A DNA stretch of 64,000 bases from the human T2T-CHM13v2.0 reference genome, Homo sapiens. Below the pieces are notes generated by a model. It did no database searches. It saw only the letters and a list, made by a program, of their open reading frames with translations, and was not told where the DNA came from. A program made the translations under genes and the position numbers. How positions within the stretch are numbered: the stretch's first letter is position 1; each line of letters starts with the position of its first letter. Location: NCBI RefSeq assembly GCF_009914755.1, contig NC_060931.1, one strand, 5' to 3'. Below are positions 12,589 through 29,371 of the stretch, piece by piece.

Positions 12589-13899
12589 TTCAAAGTATTT
12601 TATGAACAGATGATGTGGAAGACAGAAACTCTGCAGGTTCCTTTATTAGGACTGAGAGGAGCACTGGAGAAAAGATATCCACGCTCTACCCATCATTAAA
12701 TACAGCTGGTCTGTCTAAAAATTATATCAGAAGCAAAAAGTCAAAAGCCACCATCTCTGGATTTCATCCAGATCTGCTATTACTTGTTTTTATCGTCCGA
12801 CAATCTCAGCTCTTAATAATGGTTTCTGATATTTGTTACATGAAGTGCCCCATCTTTCACTCAAGTTCTATGCAGAAAAAGCCACGTAAAAGAGTGCCTT
12901 CTCCCCTTAACTCTGAGTCCACGGATGGTGGCATCTTGAGTGTGCATGTTGGCGTATGTATTGTGGATGCGGTGGTTTAAGGGAAGGGTGCAGGAAGTCA
13001 GACCTGTAATATTTTGGGTAAATGGGATGTAATAACCTTATTATAAGGCTTCACCCCAACACAGTGCATATGCAAATATGCAGGGCACATATGGTATTTG
13101 TTGCAAGACTATTGAAGTAGAATAATCTTTTCCCTTAAATTTTAACTTATGATAATTCTAATTTGGATATCACAGAGTGACCATTTTTAATTGAAGCCAT
13201 TGAGTTATGTTTTTGTTACTATGTTCATGTTTATATTATAGATGGCCAAATTTAGAGTTTCAAATAATTTCCTTCAAAAAAATATTTTCAGGTAGGATTA
13301 CTTCATCTGAATGTTTACCATAAAAATTACTATTTTAGCTATTTTAATGTGATATTTTTGTGAATAGTATTTAAAAGTACTATAGTATTCATGTTTTTAA
13401 ACTTAAAAGTCAGCTAAATTTTAAAATATGACTTAAATGTTATACATAAATAATTACATTGAATCTATATGGTCAGTACTTCATCATAACTAAATCTAAT
13501 TAAATTGATCCTTCATTGCTAATAAGTAGAAGTTAATAATACTAAAATGAGCTCAGAACTAGTACTCCCTAATGGCAATTCTGCAAATTTTCAGAATATT
13601 TCATTTAATTATGTACATTTCTTTTTACCATGTACTAATTTGATTCCTGCATGCAGAAACAAAGATAATTCATTTTAAATTATTCTGTGATATTTTGAAC
13701 AACATAGGAGATGTTCTGTTCAGTGCAAAACACTTACCCATTTCAGTGTTAGCCCATATGACTCAACGTTCATTTAATGCAATCTATAGAGGGTTACAGG
13801 AACACGTGTCTTCAGAATGTTAAAGATAGCCAAAGAGGTTTGGAATGAATATTTTCAGTGGCAAGCTATTTTATATTAGTAAACAAACAAAACATAAAG

Positions 13900-14130
13900 A
13901 TGATAATAATAGTAATAATAATAACATTTATTGAGGACATACTATGTGTCAGATTGTTCTAATCACTTAACATTTAGTGCTTATAACAACCCCGTGAGTT
14001 AAGTATTTTCCTCATATTTTGTTTAAAGAAATATAGAACAGTAGTTGATATGCATCACATCACACAGCTATTAAATGATGTCCAATAGATTCGAGTCCAG
14101 GGTGACTACTGAATCACATTTTACTGTCTC
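13900..14130 (-). mobile_element. MIR relic
   Basis: aataacatttattgaggacatactatgtgtcag...ttataacaaccccgtgag..., the MIR core in antisense. Confidence 0.6.
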
Positions 14131-15923
14131 TCCTCAATGCTCCCGGGGCAGTGCATGACCAATAATAGGTAGCCAAAATGTTTTGAAAACCAACTCTATT
14201 AGGAACATCCCATCCAGAAAAGGGAGCAGAGGAGATAGGAGACAGTGAAGTCAGCATAAGGCATTTAAAATAATCGTCCAAGTGAAGGGAATATGGCCCT
14301 AGTCAGGGGAGGCCTTAGACAGGAGCAGGGGATGAATGAGTCAGGCCAGGCAATCAGTTCACTGAGAATAGAAAAGAAAGGGTAAGTTTAAAACAGATTT
14401 AGAAAGAAGCAGCAAAATAATTTGGTAGTAATTTATTTAAAGGATTGGTTCTCACAGGACACTTAGAATAAGGTAAATGTTTGTTTCATGGTTTGAGAAT
14501 GCTACATCCTAGTGATTCCTTTTCCCTCATAATCATTACAGTAAGATACTCTCTCCAGCTAGGATTATTCTAGTCATTACATTCCATATGAGGCATCATA
14601 ATCATTTTGGTATGAATTTAGCATGTTTTAGTCAAAGTAACCCTAAATGGAACTCTTGCTACAAAGTAAATCAAGGGGTTTTTTGGATGCAAGGCACCTG
14701 GCACAGTTGGTACTGGGATACCATCGTGAAATTAGTTTTACCAAGTAAAAATCTGAATCCTGAGTTTTGAGTTTTCCAGTTCTTTTTTCCCACCTAGGTC
14801 ATGGAATACTATTAGCCAGCCTTACACAATTAACAAGGGATCTGAAGATTCATCTTTGGGAATTTTTAGATTTAGCAACATAAAAGATCAAAATGTTATG
14901 ATATTAGGTGATTTTTCAATGAAGTTCTCTGTCAACAGACTCATCCAAGTGCAAAGAGTTTTAAATCAGCGTTATAGTGCACCCTTACATATAAATGGAA
15001 GTCCAAAGATCACTGGGCATTTAAAGAAATTTTCTGCCATGCAAAATCAACATTAAACAAATAGAGAGAAAAGTAATTTGGGGAAAATAGTCTTTTTCCC
15101 CAATGCATGGAGAGGGAGGCATCTAAAGTTATTATAACTCCAGAGATTTTTTTAAAAATAGATGCATGAAATAGGAAATTTCTATTAAAAAATTCAGAAA
15201 GCATAAAAGAATAAATTAACTATAATTATTATGTTTAATAATATATCTGATACATTATCATTCATTATTATTCATAATAAATTATAATTCTGGATAATAA
15301 TTATAATTGATTATAATCTCAGAAATGAAGACTCAATAGAATAATTTGAAGGTAAAGCTGAGATAATCTCCCAGAAATTTAAGCAAAAAGACATACAGAA
15401 ATAAATGAAGCAAAAAAGTTAATTAAAGATAATTTCAGCATGCCCAATATTTATAAGAAGAATTCGTGGAAAAGCAAATAGGGAGTTGGAATCATTAAAC
15501 AAAAATATCAAAATTTTTCCAGAATGAAAGTATATGAAATTCTAGATTAAAACATTCTACTGAGATTCCAGCACAACATATAAAAATATACAAATATTAG
15601 TTTATATCTTGCAGAAATGTCAGAATCCCGAGAACAAATAGATCATAAAAGATTCTGGAGAACGAAAGAAACAAAATGAAAAAAAAAACCCTAGTTGATG
15701 TGCTGAACCTAAATAAGAAAATAAGTGAAGGAAGAGGGGGAGTTGGCTACAGGAAATAGGAGATACGCCACAAAAAAGATGTGAATCCACCACAAAAAGA
15801 TGCGAAGAATATCCTCAGAACGGCAGTCAAGGGAGATCCTAGGATGCAAGCTGTGCTGTCCACCTAGACAGGTACCAGTCTAAATTGGAGAAGCCGGAGA
15901 GACTCTCTAAGAACATGAACTTT

Positions 15924-16109
15924 AACATCACACACTGGGGCCTGTCGTGGGGTGGAGGGATGAGGAGGGATAGCATTAGGAGAAATGCCTAATGTAGATG
16001 GCGAGTTGATGGGTGAAGCAAACCAACATGGCACATGTATACATATGTAACAAACCTGCACATTGTGCACATGTAACCTAGAACTTAAAGTATAATAATA
16101 AAAAAAAAA
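15924..16109 (+). mobile_element. Short 5'-truncated L1PA 3' end inserted in an older L1 relic
   Basis: aacatcacacactggggcctgtcgtgggg...aacctgcacattgtgcacatgtaacctagaacttaaagtataat plus polyA; TSD aagaacatgaact / aaggacataaact. Confidence 0.9.
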
Positions 16110-17871
16110 GGACATAAACTGGTTAACTATCCAAATATCCTCTGGTAGAAAGTTTGGGAGAAATCGTCCTTAAGTATATAAAAAACAAACTTTAATTATA
16201 TAAAAACCAAAACAGAAACACTAAGTATTTAAACAGATAACTGTAAAAATTACGGTTACTAGCTATGAGGACAACAAAAAAAATTTCCAAGAAAATAAAA
16301 GTAATCAAAGCATAACAGGTGACACAGTTATGAGCAGCATCTATATGCCCATGATAATGTAAGGTATGGTGTAGCTACATTGGGAAGATGATAGGAGAGG
16401 AAGTGTAAATAACAGGGTTAAAATAGATATAAAGGAGATAATTCCTCATTTCCTATGGTGAGAAGTCAATATAAACAAACATAGCAGAAAAGTAAGAAGT
16501 AGAAAGTGTGAGCAAGTTATTCAGGAGAGAAGAGTAAAACACATCAAGGACCCATTAATTTAAAAATTTGACTGTAGTTGACTTTGGGCATCTGAAACTA
16601 GGGGCAGAAGTACTAGGGGCTGCCATCTTCGAAACGAGCTTAGTGGGACCAATGGACTTTCAAAATCATAAGTATAAATAAATTTAATAAGCATTTTAAA
16701 GAAGAGCAAGTTGAAATGAAAAGTTAAGAAACCTAACTGAAAAGGAAGACAGATAAGAAACAAAGTAGGGAGAGCTAAAAGTGAAATGTCAAATTTAAAT
16801 CCACATAGAAAACAATGAAGTACAGGGTAGAGTTTGTATAAAATCAAATCATTAATGTAGAAACCACATAAAGCTTCTTCCTCAAACCACTGAAGAAAAC
16901 AATACAGACATGGAAAATATAATGGAAAATATGGAAGAAAAGAGAAGACAGAGGCTATTGAGAGAATTATAGATGATTAACATTTCTGATGGGGAAATCC
17001 AAACAGCTGTTATAGAAAAATAAAATCAAAGATATGAGGAAAGATTTTTTTTTTCTGAAGAAACATCTGTGCAAATAGATTGAAAGTCAAAATCAACGGA
17101 AAGAACTGACAAAACATAAGATTATTTTGGTGGGGAATTACAAGTTAAAGAAAAGCCCAATAAAATTCAAGCAAGGACCCCCACCCCTGACAAAATCATC
17201 TAGTAAAAATCTTTTAAAAAGATAGTCTCAAGTTTTGATGCAGCCTTCTCATTATCTTTTACTTCTAAATGGTCCTGATTGCACTTTTGACGTGACTTAC
17301 TGAAAAGTTATTATTTAATTTCTAAATGGTTGTAGTTTATGTTTATACATATATTTCTAGTTATTCTGCCACAATACAAATGCAGAATAAAAAGAAGCGT
17401 AATACTTTTTAGGAGAAACTCTTATGATCACATAATTAATAATATGACAAGGTTTATTTTACATTTGAGGACTAGAGAGAAACTCTCAGATATACAATCA
17501 TTCAGAAAATATAACATTTAAAGACACTTTACTGGGAAAAATTACCTGAATATGTAATGCAATAAACTACAAATTCAAACTTGAGAAGTCCAATAAAGGA
17601 GCCATAATGTAAAAGAAATGACTGTGATTGCTGAAACATGTGAGAAACCTACAAAAATGTGAGTAAAGTTCATTATAAAACAGGATTACATTATCAACAA
17701 TAGTTATGAAGGATATATAATGTAAATGTAAGAATATAATAAGAATAATCTAGATCCAAGCACCCAGGTCTCAATGAAAATATAACTTGCATGTTGTTTT
17801 ATGGGCAACAAAGCAAACAGCAATAAAAAAAAACTGTTAGAAAAATGACAAATTGACAAGTTCCAGAGTAG

Positions 17872-18191
<320 letters not shown>

Positions 18192-21100
18192 GAAAAAGTA
18201 TTTTTAAAAATGAATCATAAATTTCTTAATAGATTAAAAGTTTTTTTAAAGAAAACTTTGTTTAGGCCACATTTTCTGATAACTTTGTAGAAAAACTAGA
18301 AATAAATAAAATTATAAACATATAATGCAACCACTTAGAAATTAAACAATAACTCTTTCCAATTAGTCAGGTCAAAAGTGCAATTAAGACCATTTAGAAA
18401 TAAAAGATAATGAGAAAGCTGCATCAAAACTCAAGTGTTACACACAAATCTGTACTTATAACAAAAATTTGTATTATTCAATGTTTTATTTTAAAATAGA
18501 AAATAATAAAAATAAATGAACTTAGTATTAATTATAGAGGGTAGGCACAAATGATACATAATACTATAAGAAGTAGAGGGAATAATTAATAATAAAAGAC
18601 TTAGAAACAGAATAATGGTGAATTAATTAAAAAGAAAATCCAAGAACAGTTTCTATGGAATAGCCAGTTGAAATTACAGATACCTGGCAAGTCTAATTGA
18701 GGGAGAAAAAAAAGAGAGGAAAAAACTCAAATACACAGCCTGGACTCTGACATACAGATGTAATTATAAATACAAAAAAGGAAAATAATAAAATACCATA
18801 TTTATTAAATAAAATAATAATATAACATAATATAATATTGCTGTATTGCTTTTTAAACATCCCTGGTCTCCCATGCCTTGAAAATACCATCTGTGACATA
18901 GCTGTATTCTTTAACTGCTGCATTCTTTTTCTTTCTTCACCATACCTTTAGAAGCAATGTTTTATGTCCCCTGTACCATCTTCCCCATGCAAAATAGCTT
19001 TTACAATCTATTCATTTTAAAGGCTCACGAGAAAGGTATCAGCATTCAAATCTAATGGCCTCTTTTCTATCTACCTCTTTTTTGAAGCCCTCCTTACTTG
19101 AGATCTGAACACTATCACTATTATTTCTCTCTTGTCATGAATGCTGGTTCACTATTCTTGTTGATAGTTCCCCTATGACTGCCCATGGTTTTATCCTTAA
19201 TATTTTTTGACTTGTCTTTGTCAGAGGTCCCAACTATTCCTTGGCCTTAAACATCATTGCTGTACTTCAATCCTGATCTTGTTACTTATGAACTAGAACA
19301 TTTCCAATGTCCTGCTGACCAAGCGCTGTGAGATAGAACTAAAGTATGAGACATAAAGCTCATCATGTCTACAAATGGATTCACCATTTGGCCTAAACAT
19401 TTTCTTCTTGATTCTCCAATTTTTTTCAGCTCAGTTTTATGCCCTGTATTGGCAACCATACGTAATTTTTTTTTTATCCATCCATGGTTTTTTCTGGCCC
19501 TGCTGGAACCATTTATCATAATGCCATTCCTTGACTACCACAAAGGGAACGTAGCTAGCTTTCTTTCTCTTCTAATCCATCTTGCACATAGAAATCGGGG
19601 ACAGATAAAAATACTCTTAACATTCTCTTTGTTTACTTGTTTACTTCTCTAATGAAAATTTACAACTTCTCACAGGTTACAAAGCAAAATAAACATTAGT
19701 AACCTGACTTTATGCCCTCAAACACTCTTTCCCAATCTACCTTTTGAGCATCACATAAAATGCCCATATGAAAATTATATGCTTCACTCAATTTTTGTAT
19801 TCATCTTCTTTTACATGTCTCTATTTACTCTTGTTTTGCCTCTGCTTTGAAGACCATTCTTCCATTCCTAGCTGTCAACACACTACTATTTCTTCAAGAA
19901 TTATTTCAAATGCCTCGTCCGTTAATTTGTCCCCGATCACTTGAATCATAAGTGGTCCATCCCTCCTCTCACATCATGCAATTTTGTTGGTATCATTTGT
20001 ATGATAATTTCATTATGCTCCTATATTATAATGAACTCCTCTATTAGTTTTAACTATTCTTTAAGTCAGGAACCATGCCTAATATGTACCTTAAATATGC
20101 CTTATACTTTGGCTCCATATTATTTTACTTAAGCTAGCATTTGCACAAAAAAGGTGCTAATAATATTTTTAATGTATGTACAATCTTGAGATAATATAAT
20201 CCAACTTTCAATTTTTGTAAGTATTAGGAAATAATAGCATAAACATAATAAAGCAAATATGTGCTATCATTCTTTGGGCACTTTTGAGAATTATACAATA
20301 CAAGCTAATACTCCAAAATCCATTTCTATATACTTTCTCTTCATTGTACAAACTTTCCAGGATTGAATATCCAGTTAACCTAACTCTGAAATATAAAATA
20401 GAATGTATAATGGCAAAATTCCTAAGTATTTACTATGTGTTATTTGTTGGCCAAAGCATTTTAGCTAATTACATTTATTTAAAATGGTTATACATGTTAT
20501 TGGTCTGGTTTATCTTTAAATAGGAAAATCTATCTTTTGTCATTATAAATTTCCAGTTTCCAATGATAAAATCATTCTACATAACTTGAAAGCCATATTG
20601 ACAAGGCACTTTGAAAATTTTCATCTTTAAATAAACATTAGGTTTTCAAATTAGGTCAGGATTTAAGTCTCTTATTTATAACTTACTAAATGTATTTCCC
20701 TGAGCCTCAATTTCCCCATCTGAGAAAATAAATCAGTAAAACCTTACTTCAAATGATTTTTCAGTATTGAATGGATGAATCCATATAAAGAACCTAGAAC
20801 AGGGTAGGCATAATAGTCATAGTTAGCAATAATCATCATCATCAACAACCACCACCAATCCCTCCTCCTGTTCACTCACCTACTTATTCTGCCTAACACC
20901 ATAGCTGCTGCTATTCTTCTTCCTAAAATAAATGTGATGTATCCCCTACTTCCTGCTTAAATTGGATAGAGATTCTATTTTCTATTTCCCATTTTAACAT
21001 CTCTATAATAAACAACAGATAAATTATTTTTAAAAAATCCCAAATGTACTCTTCTTTGTATAAAATTTATTCCAGAAAATGTACAGCTCTGGTGTACCAT

Positions 21101-22076
21101 TGCTATAATTTCATTACCATGTAACTGATACATTTCATGTGACATATTCTGTTGGGTTATTTTAATTAAATGAGCACAATGTTGAAGCTCTAATTTTTTT
21201 CACTTTTAAAATGGAATGAAATATTAAAATGCCAGCTTTGTGACCTTGTCTTCTCCAAAACAATATTTTGTTTGACCAAAAGTAGTTCTGAAAGGTGAAT
21301 TCGTCACATGAATGAATAAAACTCAATGTAATACTCTGCTTGGGGTGGATTATAACCTGTCTCCGTCTCCCAATGCATAACATGAACCCTCTAGTACATC
21401 TAATACATCTAGTTTTGAATATATTAAGAATATCACATGGTAGTAATCTGAACTTAGACTCAGATATTGAATGCTTAGAGGCTAACCTAATACCCAATTG
21501 TATTGATTACAATACAAAATATGGTTTCACTGCACTCATCTCAAGAGATTTGTTAGGTGATGATGTTTGTAAAAATGGATATACAGCTGGAAAGCAATTC
21601 AATGATAGCTTATCAATCAAAATATAAGCGTACACTTAAACATAAGAGGAAAGCTGAAGGCATTTTGGATTTCCAGTGGCAGGGCAGTTAGTTTCATTAC
21701 TCACCAAATTGCAAAAGATACAAAATGGGATTTGCTCCCAATGTTCATGGTACTCTTTTGTACTTTATTTTATTTTTCATTTTCAATGCCTATCTTCTGC
21801 AAGTACATATTTAATAATGTATCATTGTTTCATATTTGGAAAAATATATTCCAATCTTTTCTCAAAGAAATGAAATTTAAAATGAATTAAGTGCTTCCTA
21901 AAATTGTTTAAGCTATTAGTTTCAGTGTAAAGGAACAGAAAATGGCACATCTTTAATTACTAAATGTGTAAATACAGACATAAGATTTTTTTAAATTGTA
22001 GATAAAAATAAAAACAAAAAGATAAGTTTTAGAGAAACCAACTCAATAATAAATCAAGCAAAAGGGTAATAAGGGA

Positions 22077-22533
<457 letters not shown>

Positions 22534-24109
22534 TTAAATTTTCTGTTTTTGTTTCCAGTCTTTCTTTTTATTGTCATATATGTTATTTTTAGGGCACTAA
22601 ATTACATAACTTTGTTTCTAATATATTACTAACATCATATGGTTAAGATTTATCATTCTTAAAGAACTTCCTGTTTTGTTTGGCAAATAATAGGATAAAT
22701 GCAAGAAGAAAAGAGTAAGTTGGAATTTGAGATTCCAATTTGTGGCACAGAAATTCCTCTTTTTAGAATGGAAATGATGGATGTGTTGCCTATAACTCAA
22801 AATGAAAATGTGAGAGCAGTAAGAATAAATTATGATGTTAAAACTCAAAGAAACACTTAAAAACAAAACAAAGAACATAAATAAAATTATTTAGAACAGA
22901 AACACCAATAGAACAAAACAGACGCAATTTATCTTTTTGATAGATTCATAGAAAGCTTAATCTGGTGCATGTGAATAGGGGAGAGTAAGGTACAATTTAT
23001 AGTCGATCCCATGACACGGTACTAAGTTAGGTTGCAGAGTGCTCATAGCTGGATGTGAAGAAGCAAACTACGTAAATGATGAAAGGAGATTCATATTAAT
23101 TGCTCAGGCCAAGAGACTATCTTCATAGCCTGGGCTAAGGGGTAGGCAGAATAACCAACAGTGTATGGTTAAATTTATCTTGCGTCACTACCAGACAATG
23201 CTAAGAACAGCTATAAACTAGAATCCCTGTCTTGTCACACAGAAATATGATCCAAACATAAATCAGATCCATTAATTATTGGAAATGAACAATTACCACA
23301 AATACCTGCATTTACTATATTTGTTATATTTCATATTCTTATTAATTTGTTCAGTTATTGTTTATAATTGTTCTTATATCAAATTATTTTTAAAGCAAAA
23401 CAATTTATTACGAGGGTTTCTGCTATTTGACACTTCAGATCAGTAAATGAAGCACCTACTAGCAGTTTGTTACTGTTGTTCAAACTTTATAGCTCTGTTT
23501 AGCTCAGTTTTCTATTCAGTGTTTGTTTACTTGTACAGATGCAAATGCTCACTTTATTCTTCCTAAAATATGTGTGGAATACAAATGCTCTCAGATTGAA
23601 TTCCTCTTTGAACCACACATTTGAATATTTTCTGCTTAATATTTGCTAATGCCCATGAAAAGAAATTTGATTGACTGTAAAAGGACATATCAAGGAAAAC
23701 TCATATCTCAGAATACTAAAATGAAGTACAATGACTATCTCTACAAAGCACCAAAAACATCCAGTTGAAATGTGAACATATTCCCAACTCTGAAAAACCA
23801 AAAGCAGCTCGAGCACTTTCTTACCCTTACTTCCCCAAATAATAAATTATCTTGGGGTTGGATACATATAGTTGAAGAATTATCCCCTTGTTTAAAGTTA
23901 CTTGAATGAGAGACAAAATACTTCGTATCCATGAAATGAAATAACTCATGAAAGCAGCTGCATGTTTGAATAATTTCAGTTCTCAAAGTCAGTCAAGCCT
24001 TTAAAACTAGTTATTGTTTTGTGTTTTTCATATTAGTACCTACTATTGTAAATCCTCAAACCAAGGCTCAGGGATGACACTACTAGAGTGACAATGGAGA
24101 AGCAGTTCT

Positions 24110-24480
<371 letters not shown>

Positions 24481-25539
24481 TCACGAGAGAACCTCCAGTC
24501 TTGTAAATGTCAGTCATGGTTCAGATTATTTATTTTAAAAAGATGTAATCAAAAGACTCCAAATGTATGTATTTTTGTTCCAAAAATGCATTTTGCCTCT
24601 AAAGAGAATGTCAGTTCTATTCCATTGTCTTTAGTTTCTTTCCCTAATCAGATATAAATGAAAGACTTATTCATTGGTGTCCATTGGTGTCTTTAGTTTT
24701 ATTTGTAATTCATAAAACTACTTGAAAGAAATATGGATATACTATTAAGTATTGTTTTCAAGTAAAGGGCCAAGGAACAGCACAAAGAAGAAACACAAAG
24801 AAAAAGACAAGATAGAGCCCTATTCTTGCTCTGAAAAATGAGCTGCCTGTGGGGAAGCTGCTCCCCTAAAGAAGGGATCAGGGATATCTTCCTGTGATAT
24901 TCACTGGAATACTGTCTCCCAACAGACACTGGCAAGTGCAGAAGACCTCACACTGCCTTGCTGGCGATTTTCTCCTCAATAGAGTATATTTAAGAAGAAA
25001 ACTTTGAAATCTTAAAAGAGAGCAAAGGCAGCGGTATTAGGGTAAGACTGGATAATGCTCTGGATCCATTACCATAAGGATAGCAAATAACAAAGAAAAG
25101 TAAAATGTATCTGACAGAGACGGGCTCAGGTGCTCAGTTACCACCTTGGAATCACTCTTGGTCCATCCTTACTGTCTCTGTACATTTTTCTCGCACACCA
25201 GCACAGGGCACTTCTTTGCTGCTTCTGTTTCCATCTTGCCAGGATCCATCTTCACTTTTGTGACAATCTTCCTTTCAGTTTTAGTAAAACAACCACAAGT
25301 GGTGATCGTAAGAAATTTCTGGAAATTCCCCATTGTTGCTGTACACTTCCTATTATAAAATTCACTGTGAGTAAAGAATTAAAATATGAAATTCTAGCTA
25401 ATACCAATGTAATGAGTAGCTCTAAAAAAGTTTTAATGTTTTCTTAGTAAGATCTTTTTATTCATTCATTGTCATATCTTATTCATCTTTGCATGCTCAG
25501 AATTTGGGCAAACTGTAAAAATAGAAATATGGCAACATA

Positions 25540-25630
25540 TGTGTATGACAAAGTACGTATATATGTATGTGTATATTGACAAAGTATGTGTATATGTATG
25601 TATATTATATATATACACTATATATATGTG
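25540..25630. repeat. (TA)n/(TATG)n low-complexity repeat
   Basis: Alternating purine-pyrimidine run with a duplicated tgacaaagta unit. Confidence 0.8.
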
Positions 25631-26253
25631 CTTGCTAGGCACATGGTGAATACCAAAAAGTAATATAAAGATGTACTTTAAGTTTGTTTTAAACTATAAA
25701 TTATAAAGGAATTCTGGTTTCACAAAATAATAAATCAGAAGAGAATAATTTGAATTAAAATTAACATAAATTCATACTAACATATGGCATCTGTTACTGG
25801 ATTTGAAGAATTTTCACAGATCACATTTATAAGGTACATTTCAACAAATTTATAATTCACTGTCATAAAGCAACTTGAGTAAGCTCAGGGTTAAAAAGGT
25901 GGAAGGGTAGGATCAAAATTCTAGGTAGCATTTATGATTTGTGGTAGGTTAGCAGAGAGTTAAGTACATGTAAGTACCACAGTGAAGAGCAAAAATGGCT
26001 AATAGCTTACAACTGTGTACCAAGTATAGTTCAGAGTTCTTTTTATGTATTTCTTTATTAATCTTAAAACATCCCTATTGATATCATAATTGTACAATTG
26101 AAGAAAATTACACAAAGTGAGAAAATCTAATTTGCCAAGGGCCATGTGTATATACATGTATATATACACATAAAGTAAGTGGCAAAGCTGTCCTCAATCT
26201 AGGTAGCTTAACCACAAAGCCACCCTCTCAACCTCTGTATGCCTCTGTATGCT

Positions 26254-26569
26254 GTTTCCAGGACCTTCCAGATGCCAAAATCCATGGATTCTGAAGTCTT
26301 TTATATAAGATGGTGTAATATTTGCTTATAACCTACACGCATCCTACTGTATACTTGAAATCATCTCTAGGTTAATTACAATGCCTCATACAATGTAAAT
26401 TCTACGAAGATAGTTTTTATACTGCATTTTTTAGGGAATAATGATGAGAAAAAAAAGTCTTTACATGTTTAGCACAGACACAACCATTCCTTTTTTTTCT
26501 GAATATTTTCAACCTGTGGTTGACTGAATCCACAGATGTGGAACCTGCAGATACCAAGGGCTGACTGTA
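26254..26569. mobile_element. MER2 (Tigger2-derived MITE), left end eroded
   Basis: ccaaaatccatggat...aatcatctctag...gttgactgaatccacagatgtggaacctgcagataccaagggctgactg-ta terminus. Confidence 0.85.
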
Positions 26570-26917
26570 CCTAAATGGCCTGTACAAAGAGCAATAAGTC
26601 ATCATTCAATATCAAAAGTGGTAAGGAATCAGGAAAACAAAGATACATTGCAAAGACCAAAGTAGTGAATCTAACCAAAGACCAGGAATAGTTTAGGAAT
26701 CAGGAATTCAAGAATCAAGCCAGGTGGAGCAATAGCAGCTACAATTAGTGAAGAGAGAGACGGGTACTGATGCAAAGCACCCTCACATGTGTTTTTCCAG
26801 AGCAAATCATGGCTTATAAGTGGTGTGAGTAATGTGCATAGGGAAATGGGCTCCAGATGGCTGGAAAGTCAGAACAAGTTTGATACTGATCTTGAAGGAA
26901 GTGTCAGCTACTGGTAA

Positions 26918-27248
<331 letters not shown>

Positions 27249-28966
27249 AGCTACTGGTAATTTTGACACTAGTTGGTAAGCTGTTAGCGCTCTCCAACTT
27301 TAACAAACAGATTCAAACCTCGTCTCAATTACTGTTGTGCTGGATAATTCTTGAATAGATCACATTGTCTTGTGCAACAGTTCCTTCTAAAACACCTTTG
27401 AGATGGCTTAACAACTTATACTGGGAAAAAAGTGGTGGACAGTGTGTTTAGAATCAGAACTAAAAAATGCTCAATTGATTCTGTAAGTCCTTCCACCTGT
27501 AAATCTGAGTATGAATTGGAACTTTCAGGAATCCACCTGGTATGAATGTAAACTATTACTTTAAATTGGAACTGAAAATTTCAATTGTAGGCTCGATGTA
27601 AGAATAGTGAGTTTACTGCCTTTGAAACTCACCCATGTCTCCATTTGCAACTGGATATATTTTCTCTTTGAAATTCTCTTCAATCACTCTCCAGTCCTGA
27701 ATAGCAGCATCAGTAATTGTGTCAACAGACATGATCATTTTATGATCTGAGAAAGCTGGACTGACAAATGCATCGCCACTTGAAATCTAACCTAAAGATA
27801 GAAACCTGCATTGTAGAGCAGAAGGCTAAGCTGTACTTACATAACAGCAGCAACACTTACAACCTGTGCTGCCTTTGCTTTATTTTTTAAAGGCATGACC
27901 GATTTTCTATTTCAGATGACAGAATATTAAAATGTTGGGCAGTGATGTTTTCAAATCCACATAATTTTTAGTCTATATCAGTGATAATATAAGTCACTGA
28001 TTTTTTAACCGGAAGTCAGGTTAGCAGCAAGATTTCTAATTATAACTCATTGCTAATATTTCATATGGCTTATAAAACCTATGAATAACATTGATTTATG
28101 TAATGGAAACTCAGAAAAGAATAGAGAAAATTATATAAAAATTACTGTATTCTTGGATCAGAAATTCTAGAAAGATGTTTGTTTATATTTTGAGATTTCA
28201 AGCAGCAGGGGGGAATGCTTTTAGTCAGCCTTCTATTGTTATCTATAAATGAGTGAATAAATAAATAAAAATCTCTGCATAGAGATGAAATGAACCAGCA
28301 AAATACCAAAGGAAACTAACACCACAGATAAGATTTACTGATCAAAATTCACTGTTTTTGTGTAGGAACACAGCATGGTAAATAGGCCTTATATAATAAA
28401 TACATTATTTTCTATAACAGATTTCTCCAAGAAGACCCAAAATGCTATAAAGCAGCACTGCAATAATTCTATAAATATCATTTTGAAGTACTAGCATTCC
28501 AATTTCAAGAAATAATTAAACAATTCTGAAGTTGATGACATTTAGGAATGGGATAAGGACAGTATTGCTATTCAATAGAAATGAATCAAATGCATATTTA
28601 TCAAGTTGGCTAAATAGGAATGCTAAGAAAATATACACATAAATGATAATCCTTTAAGTAATTTCATTATTATAGCAGCCCATGAAATCATGTGAGCTTT
28701 TTCAATCCTCTCTTTAATTTGAACTTATTGTAAACATTTGACATTCAATACTAGAAATCAGATCTTTTATCTAAGACTTGATTAGTCAGCTTTACTTCCT
28801 TGTGACAGACACACTACATGGTCTACTAATCCTATCAGCTGTCCACACATTGAAATATATATTCCTGCTCAAATCTTTATTTCACTCAGGTTAACCATAA
28901 TTGCCATTATTGGCACATTTTGTCTTGTACTTCCTCAGAAAAAACAGCTACGAAAGTAGTAAAATA

Positions 28967-29254
28967 GGCCAGGCGCAGTGGCTCACACCTGTAGTCCCAG
29001 CACTTTGGGAGGCCAAGGTGGGCGGATCACGAGGTCAGGAGTTTGAGACCAGCCTGGCCAATATGGTGAAACCGCATCTCCACTAAAAATATAAAAATTA
29101 GCCGGGCGTGGTGGCTCGTGCCTGTGGTCCTAGCTACTTAGGAGACTGAGGCAGAAGAATTGCTTGAACCCAGGGCGGAGGTTGCAGTGAGTCAAGATCA
29201 TGCCACCACACTCCAGCCTGGGCAACAGAGTGAGACTCTGTTTCAAAAAAAAAA
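28967..29254 (+). mobile_element. AluSg-like
   Basis: ggatcacgaggtcaggagtttgagacc; TSD gtagtaaaata (28956-28966 / 29256-29266). Confidence 0.93.
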
Positions 29255-29371
29255 GGTAGTAAAATAAAAACCAATCCAGGATGCTATACCATATTATTAC
29301 CAAAACAATAACACAATGGTCTGATCAACAGCAGCAGCTATAGATTCTCCCTCATTTAAACTTGAATTATC

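Noticed and set aside
26144-26171. Near-perfect palindrome atgtgtatatacatgtatatatacacat
   Set aside because: Self-complementarity is a trivial result of (TA)/(CA) low complexity.
27830-27870. Two minus-strand GTAAGT donor-like motifs 20 nt apart
   Set aside because: No upstream polypyrimidine tract or acceptor defining an exon was seen.
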